NCBI GenBank assembly: GCA_029762535.1
Contig: JARVGK010000014.1
Span: 8,750 to 72,749, forward strand
Length of the DNA: 64,000 nucleotides
Direction: 5' to 3'
From: Thermoplasmatota archaeon
GTDB lineage: Archaea; Thermoplasmatota; Penumbrarchaeia; Penumbrarchaeales; Penumbrarchaeaceae
Both the position numbers and the translations under genes were made by a program. Below, piece by piece: positions 58,701 to 64,000 of the stretch. Each line of letters begins with the position of its first letter. The stretch's first letter is position 1. Under the pieces are notes generated by a model. The model was not told the origin of the DNA, searched no databases, and saw nothing but the letters and a program-made list of their open reading frames with translations.

Positions 58701-60087
58701 GGATCCCGAGGACGATGTCTGGCCTGCCATCCCCGGTCACGTCCCCGACCCTGAACATCTGCCCTACCTTGAACCCGTCCCCTTTGGAGTTGACGGCGAA
58801 GGATGGACCGTGTATCATCATGTCGAGGTCCCTCTCCGCATCCATCACCCTGGGGAACCTCTCCTTGGGGCCGCCGTGAAAGATGAATATCTGACCGCAG
58901 TCGAAGTAGGAGTCTCCGGGCCCGTCCGCCGTCGGCGCGCTGCATATTATGTCCGCTTTGCCGTCCCCGTTGACGTCCTCGAGGACCACCGATGAACCGA
59001 ACCTGTCCCTGGCCCCCGATCCCCAGATGACGCTCGTCTGGTTCTCGTCGAACGGTTCCGAGGATATGTTCCTGAAGCGCGATATGTTGAAATAGAGGTG
59101 CAGCGAGCCGCACTCGTATATGGATGGATGCGATCTCAGGGGTGCGCCGACCGCCATGTCGAGCCATCCGTCCCCGTCTATGTCACCTATGTCGAGCGTG
59201 TTCCCGTAATTCGAGAGATCGTCCAGGTCCAGTAACTTGGTGAGCCTGATCTCGGGTCGGTGCGGCTCGTTCTCATCGATGTATCGGCTTCCTCCCCAGG
59301 CGATGACTGCGTTCCATTTGCGCGGGTTGAATCCTAAACGGTCCTCGATGACCCCCCCGTAGACGAGGTCATCGTATCCGTCCTTGTCTATGTCGGCCGT
59401 CCTCATGAAGAAGGGCATGGGGTTGTCCATTGCGGTGGGGGCCGGGCTGCAGTCGAAGAGCCTGTAAGTGGATAAGGGGCCGCTGTCGGAGACCGCAGTT
59501 GTCTGGGTGATCCAGATCGTCGAGGGCCACCCCTCCTCCCTCCCGAAGAGTATCATACCGTGGCTACCGAAGCTGACTATGGGTATGCTCATAGCGATGT
59601 CCGTGTACCCATCGCCGTTGTAGTCCCCGACCGTCACTCCCGAGGTTATGGCCAGGCCCGCCCTCGCGTCCGGATCGCTGTTCGCGATGATCGTCACGTC
59701 CGGTTCGATCTCGGTGATGTCCACGTTTCCGTTGAGATCCTCCCTTCCGCCGTAGTAGATATAGACCTTTCCGTCGTCGGAATGCCCTTTGGCGCCCGGG
59801 GACCTCGGCGCGGCGATGAGGATATCGTTGATCCCATCCGCGTTGATGTCCCCTATCCATGTGTAGGACCCGAACGCGCCTCCTTCTCTCTCGAACGGCT
59901 CCCCAATGATCGTGGTCGACGCGGCGTCGTATACTAGCTCTGTCCCGCCGAGGGAGATGTGGGTCACGTTTTCCCCCCTGGCCGGGACCTGGTCCGGTCC
60001 CGGCCATTCGGCGCGGGGAGGATCGTAATTCAACTGGACCCCGAGGCAAAAGACCAGAAAAAGGGCGGTAATAGTGGTGATCCTCAT
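55753..60087 (-). CDS. Surface protein with 7 FG-GAP repeats, a PA14 domain, Ig/PKD-like domains and a TM anchor
   Basis: Seven GDxxGDGxxD-type repeats; PA14 motifs GLRGSYY, DGPLDFEWG, FSARWHG; C-terminal TM. Confidence 0.88.
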   Translation of the reverse strand: MRITTITALFLVFCLGVQLNYDPPRAEWPGPDQVPARGENVTHISLGGTELVYDAASTTIIGEPFEREGGAFGSYTWIGDINADGINDILIAAPRSPGAKGHSDDGKVYIYYGGREDLNGNVDITEIEPDVTIIANSDPDARAGLAITSGVTVGDYNGDGYTDIAMSIPIVSFGSHGMILFGREEGWPSTIWITQTTAVSDSGPLSTYRLFDCSPAPTAMDNPMPFFMRTADIDKDGYDDLVYGGVIEDRLGFNPRKWNAVIAWGGSRYIDENEPHRPEIRLTKLLDLDDLSNYGNTLDIGDIDGDGWLDMAVGAPLRSHPSIYECGSLHLYFNISRFRNISSEPFDENQTSVIWGSGARDRFGSSVVLEDVNGDGKADIICSAPTADGPGDSYFDCGQIFIFHGGPKERFPRVMDAERDLDMMIHGPSFAVNSKGDGFKVGQMFRVGDVTGDGRPDIVLGIPVRDLPPVEYNLLRLKAGVVMVFEHSQTFGQSSRIIGLPYPSKLFTLEALDIEDVLGFHLSLGDLDGNGVLDIVVGAPSADGILNERPRAGEVHIIHSSHMRLWDLSVSGTAYENGYVFAGSGSLNMDIILFNELQGHPVTGGKVRLGSAEDTIELHHIVGGDTALTDPYGSILDHSMDLTFPQGGRAGIMRVSLDIGWFFPLRGGIDLVVTMWDSEGCRVQRTYRNPFKFVKDLSFGEGLDLSSNGRALPGPGSWVGLGDEVSFGGIEVVYTGHPDHTVPLGDITLTVRREGEDERTIAYAPDWSIDDVIDISPVQVWDLDIGLSSELFPPDQELYPAMEKGRMLRMRVDDVPPPSSNITDLFNVQGGGDGIGAPGEWSLGVDGSFTPEWDRGGSGVKMFLIEAEGKTKEIMRSPGGLRGSYYLDMDFYEQGLNVVDGPLDFEWGVWGPYPEEHIIPPYGFSARWHGWVHFSHQGPYKFQLSGRGRGAMVLGGELIIPYTELGTSPRTELLELEQGSLIEVELYYIHADPERTPSFKFLWFDEEGSIKPVRQESLFHASDHTVTEFISSGELEVVSVDWVGLLSEPTTLHIALDGDPPAIDTSSFPTWVNDTRPTLIFGIEDLGIPDGSGSGLDLAGFSYRILRSGETYGTWVSDDIIFDDMVTLEGKVSSLDAVIRPRLDRDFSGTFELISRDSSGNTARTPALRLSVDMKGPEVLLISPDPRNILTGGDLTATIRVLDQRGSGVDGTSAMFRIRFENGDWGPWTTISGEGNAPDIYLEAPLNLMEGRHEVQFSASDMVGNRGLSQPILFEVRIPPVNMPPVPHISSPEHGFRTIEGWPVILDATGTRDDGLGLYDPVKVTWYSNRSGYLGSGFRLSVYLPLGPHTITLFADDGTPGHNVSTSVNMTILRPSGDDPVPNGEGRPEDDATLIGALMLAFFSILLFLGILVLLLLIRRKHSAKEFGYGLRTRSIDDEFLDEM

Positions 60088-60296
60088 GAATGCCCTCCGT
60101 TTACTTCACTGCCGTCCAATTCGGGCTCCGACCTTATATTATTTACGGTTGGGGGCTCGTATCGAAGGCCCCAGTACATAAGTGACCCAAAATATATTTA
60201 TATCATATTACTGATGAAAAGCAGTTCAGTCAATATGCCCAGATGGTCCGTGTGGAACCATGCTGTTCTTCGTTGCACTCGTCGGGAGGAGACAAG

Positions 60297-63200
60297 ATGT
60301 CCGGGAAAAGACCTATACGAATTCTGTTGATGACCGCATTAATGATAACAGCGCTTTTTTTATATCAGCCTGGCGAGACATCGGAAAATGCCTACGCTTT
60401 GATACCTTCCGGGGGGGGCTCGGCACTTGACGTGATGGTTGATGCGGAGTGGAGGATCTGGGGCGACATCGAGACCGATCATTTCGGTGTATCGATTGCC
60501 GCCGGGGACCTTGACGGCGACGGACTGGGCGATCTTGCGGTCGGGATCCCACATTCGAGCTACGGAAAGGTCGCCGGGGTCGTTCTCCTGTTCTTCGCCC
60601 GGGACAAGGACGAGCTGATGACGATAAACGGTTTCTCCGATGCCGATGTGATAATACAGGGCGTCAATACGAACGACAGGTTCGGCGAGAAGCTGTCCAT
60701 GATCGACCTCGACGGCGACGGCAAAAGCGAGCTGATCGTAAGCGCGCCCTTCGCCGACGGGATCGGGAACGCCAGAAGGGACTGCGGCGAGATCTATATC
60801 ATCTCCGGTAAGGAAAGAGTGCACTACGGGTCCATGGACGGCATCGAGAACCTCACGGATTGGGGGCATATAATCGGCAGGGACGCGGGAGACCATCAGG
60901 GCATGAGGATGGCCTTCGGCGACCTCAACGCCGACGGTATAGTGGACCTCGTCCTGGGAAGCGACGGGACGGGCGGGACCGCCAACAGCGCTAACGAGTC
61001 TGTAGGAGGGTCTCCCTGGGGAGAGAACGGAGTGATCGGATCCTGGGAGATCGATGTCATACTGGGGACGGGCTCGAGGCTCGGGACCCACGACATCGGG
61101 GTCTCCGGATCCAGGGTCAGGTATTACGGAGGCCATCTGAGCGATGCTTTGGACATCCCCACCCACATCGGGAACGGGCTCGTGGTCACCGACATGGACG
61201 GCGACGGGCACGAGGACCTGACCTTCTCCTACCGATACGGTTCCGAGGGATGGGTGGTTATGAGCAAGGGCGGCCCCTCCTTCCCCTTCGTGGAGCCTAA
61301 TTCGTCATATGTCTTTCCGGACCCCGCTCCTTTAACCACCAACAACCCCCACCCGATCTTCAAACCCAATCTGACGATATCACTGGGCCCGGATGGGTTC
61401 GACGAGGCGCTCCTTTTTACGGGCAACGCTAATGGAGACGGTCACGCGGACCTATTGGTGGGTATGACCGGGGCCCCCGCATGGGAGAAGAGGAGGCACT
61501 CCGCGGGTCAGATCGATCTCTACCTCGGAGGAGCGATACCTCCCTCAGGAAGGATGTACAGGTCCAATGCGACCTGGACCCTTTTCGGCGAGGACGCATC
61601 CGACAGGCTCGGGACCGGTATTCTCATGGTGGACAGGGAGAAAGATGGTTTCGACGAGTTCTACATAGCGACGCCCAATTCCGACGGCTACCAGAACACC
61701 ATGGATGGGGCGGGGGAGCTGTATGGCTTCAACTTCTCCGGCTCCTTCCCGAGGCATTCGAACGTGAGCGATGCCTCTTTGATCATGAGCGGCAGGGCAG
61801 GCTACCGTTCGTTCAGCGAGATCGCTATAATGGACATGGACGGCAACGGTTTTCCAGAGATCGTCATTTCCTCCCCTGGCGCGAGAAACCCTGATGGAGC
61901 GGGGTCTGGCCTCATATCCCTTTTCGGGTTCGACACCTCTTTCGAGGCCATGTTCTACACAGAGGGCGTCGGGTGGAGCGCCGGGTCCAAGGTCTTGTTC
62001 CATGACCTTGATGCCGACGGCTATCCCGATCTGATCATAAGCTCCCCGAGCGGGAACGACGCCTCCCGCGGGATAGTCCACGTCTATTTCGGCAGCGACG
62101 AGCCATGGAGCGGAAGGTATCTCGACAGGACGGACGCTGACCTGTACTACGAGCACAGGGACCCGCCCTCTTTCAACGAGAACTACTTCGGCTACCACAT
62201 AGCCGCAGGGGATCTCGACAACGACGGCTACGGGGACCTCGTCGTGTATATGACCAGCAACGTCGTCGGAACCGGTGATTACAACGGTGCGATATTCATC
62301 TTCTGGGGCGGCTCCAGGGCGCAGATGGCCTCCAAATCCTTCAGCGCGATCAACGGATATTCCAACGCGCGTTTCGGGGAATCGTTCGCGATCGGGGATA
62401 TCAACGGGGACGGCATCGACGATCTCGCGGTGGGCGCCCCGGACGCGAACACCGCCACCACCCCTTCAAGGGTCAAGGGCGGGCGCGTGCACGTATGGTT
62501 CGGGCCGCTCTCCAGGGTGACCAGGACCGCCACTTCCTCTCCGCTGACCATACATGGCGCGATGGATAGGGACAGCCTCGGAAAGGTCATGCACGTTGCG
62601 GACCTGGACGGCGACGGCAGGTCGGAGATAATAATGGGAACGCCCAACGCCAAGCCCGGCTCCATAACCATGCAGGGCGCGGTCCACATCGTTCAGGGAG
62701 CCGACACGTTCCCGTCGCAGATGGACCTTGCCGATGACGATTGCCTGAGGATAGATGGGGAATGGCCTTACGACGCCCTCGGCTCATTCCTGGAGACCGG
62801 CGACATCGACGGCGACGGCAGGGCCGATCTGCTGATATCGGCACCGGGAGCGGACGGTTACCTGAGAAGGACGAGCAACGGAGGGATCGTTTATGTTATC
62901 GAGGGTTCGCACCTCGCAACGAAGCTGCCCAAGGGCGTTCACAGGCTCCGGAGGGAGGTCTCGAACATCACGATATACGGTTCACAGTCCGGAGAGAGCA
63001 TAGGTGCCTCCGTTCACTGCGCGGACATCGACGGCGACGGGCTCCCGGAGATCGCCCTCGGCTCCCCGACATGGTTCGACCGCGACAGCGGGAAGAACCC
63101 CGGCGCGGTGAGCATCATAATGGAGCCCCAGCTCCTCTTGGGCGGGAGCATGAACTCCTCCGAGATCCCGAAGATACTCGGCGCCGGCGACGGGTCCAGG

Positions 63201-64000
63201 TTCGGGACCTCGATCGCCTCCGCTCTCGTTGACGGCGATGCGAAGTATGATCTTGTCATAGGGGCGCCGAAATACGATCTCGACGGGGACGGCTCCGCGC
63301 AGGGAGCATCCTTCCTGTGGCTATCGAAGACCGTGCTGCCCAGGGATGTCAAGGCCAGGACGCTCGAGATCATCAATGCGGAGATGGTTCTGGGCGCACA
63401 GGAGGGGCCGATGACCTACCTTTCATCCGAGAACGGGCCCTACATGATGAGGGTTGAGGCATGGTCCTCCTTCGGTATCGCCTCGATAAGGGAGATCTCC
63501 CTCAAGCTGATGCTTCAGGGAGGATACGGGCACGTTCTCATGACCTACTATACGGACAACGGCACTTTCGCCGTCACGGACAGCGCCGTTTTCAGGAACA
63601 GATACAGGCTTGACGTGCCCTCCTGCATCGCAGAGACCGACGGGAGCATGCTGTACCGTGTGGATTTCGCTTTCGTCCCCGGCTGGAACATGCCCTTGCC
63701 TGAGATGATAGTCACCGGAATAGGCACGGACTTCGGATCCCATTATAACTTCCGCTCCGGTCTCTTCGAGATCGACCGGAGCATCAGGGTGGATCCCGCT
63801 TCGGTGGTGGTCGCCGATCTCGAGGGCGCTGAGCTTCCTCAGTGGTTCAATTCCAGTACTCCCTTCGTTGTGACGAACGTGAGCCTGGTCCATTCTATCA
63901 CGGGCAGACGCCTCTCCGATACCGCTCTGGGATCCCTTTCCTTCGGTCTTTTTCGTTCGGACGGGTTCAGGATCGGTACCTCCCAGCTTGTCGAGGGCCG
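60297..64000 (+). CDS. Large secreted protein with 14 FG-GAP repeats (runs off the window end)
   Basis: Not in the ORF track. GGAGG SD, ATG 60297, signal peptide MSGKRPIRILLMTALMITALFLY, and 14 hand-counted (G/A)DxDGDGxx(D/E)-type motifs between about 60500 and 63250. The frame is still open at 64000. Confidence 0.88.
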   Translation, partial: MSGKRPIRILLMTALMITALFLYQPGETSENAYALIPSGGGSALDVMVDAEWRIWGDIETDHFGVSIAAGDLDGDGLGDLAVGIPHSSYGKVAGVVLLFFARDKDELMTINGFSDADVIIQGVNTNDRFGEKLSMIDLDGDGKSELIVSAPFADGIGNARRDCGEIYIISGKERVHYGSMDGIENLTDWGHIIGRDAGDHQGMRMAFGDLNADGIVDLVLGSDGTGGTANSANESVGGSPWGENGVIGSWEIDVILGTGSRLGTHDIGVSGSRVRYYGGHLSDALDIPTHIGNGLVVTDMDGDGHEDLTFSYRYGSEGWVVMSKGGPSFPFVEPNSSYVFPDPAPLTTNNPHPIFKPNLTISLGPDGFDEALLFTGNANGDGHADLLVGMTGAPAWEKRRHSAGQIDLYLGGAIPPSGRMYRSNATWTLFGEDASDRLGTGILMVDREKDGFDEFYIATPNSDGYQNTMDGAGELYGFNFSGSFPRHSNVSDASLIMSGRAGYRSFSEIAIMDMDGNGFPEIVISSPGARNPDGAGSGLISLFGFDTSFEAMFYTEGVGWSAGSKVLFHDLDADGYPDLIISSPSGNDASRGIVHVYFGSDEPWSGRYLDRTDADLYYEHRDPPSFNENYFGYHIAAGDLDNDGYGDLVVYMTSNVVGTGDYNGAIFIFWGGSRAQMASKSFSAINGYSNARFGESFAIGDINGDGIDDLAVGAPDANTATTPSRVKGGRVHVWFGPLSRVTRTATSSPLTIHGAMDRDSLGKVMHVADLDGDGRSEIIMGTPNAKPGSITMQGAVHIVQGADTFPSQMDLADDDCLRIDGEWPYDALGSFLETGDIDGDGRADLLISAPGADGYLRRTSNGGIVYVIEGSHLATKLPKGVHRLRREVSNITIYGSQSGESIGASVHCADIDGDGLPEIALGSPTWFDRDSGKNPGAVSIIMEPQLLLGGSMNSSEIPKILGAGDGSRFGTSIASALVDGDAKYDLVIGAPKYDLDGDGSAQGASFLWLSKTVLPRDVKARTLEIINAEMVLGAQEGPMTYLSSENGPYMMRVEAWSSFGIASIREISLKLMLQGGYGHVLMTYYTDNGTFAVTDSAVFRNRYRLDVPSCIAETDGSMLYRVDFAFVPGWNMPLPEMIVTGIGTDFGSHYNFRSGLFEIDRSIRVDPASVVVADLEGAELPQWFNSSTPFVVTNVSLVHSITGRRLSDTALGSLSFGLFRSDGFRIGTSQLVEG

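Noticed and set aside
1-64000. Numerous 60-330-aa alternative-frame and antisense ORFs; rRNA, tRNA, CRISPR and transposase genes
   Set aside because: The ORFs are shadows expected in GC-rich coding DNA and carry no motifs. No RNA genes, arrays or mobile-element genes were recognised by eye; a tRNAscan/Infernal run would be needed to exclude them.

Overview
Archaeal chromosomal window, GC-rich by eye with lower-GC patches at about 2.7-7.9 kb, 11.9-12.3 kb, 13.2-13.7 kb and 18.2-22.2 kb. Archaeal markers are TBP, Dph5 and the rpl11-rpl1-rpl10(P0)-rpl12(P1) cluster. The gene style suggests an uncultured Thermoplasmatota lineage, which is an inference only. Housekeeping genes include larE, dph5, galU, amrS, tbp, folD, a K+-dependent (probably Na+-pumping) pyrophosphatase and nikR. 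There are many large surface proteins (GLUG/PKD, CARDB, beta-propeller, FN3/TSP3, two divergent FG-GAP proteins) and a vapBC pair. The most notable candidate system is a tandem pair of wHTH-TPR regulators. Each is followed by a conserved ~100-bp promoter element with a palindrome beside the BRE/TATA box, and a third copy lies 10 kb upstream. The three copies precede two tiny peptide ORFs and a secreted Cys-less clan-CD protease homologue coupled to an orphan PAS kinase, an arrangement reminiscent of RRNPP peptide signalling. Also notable are an A10 tract joining a poly-Glu/Lys-rich gene to a start-less double Zn-ribbon frame (candidate -1 recoding, or an assembly error) and a cassette of two membrane acyltransferase-like paralogues around a B12 radical SAM gene. 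No rRNA, tRNA, CRISPR array or transposase was recognised. All counts were made by hand and no database searches were run.
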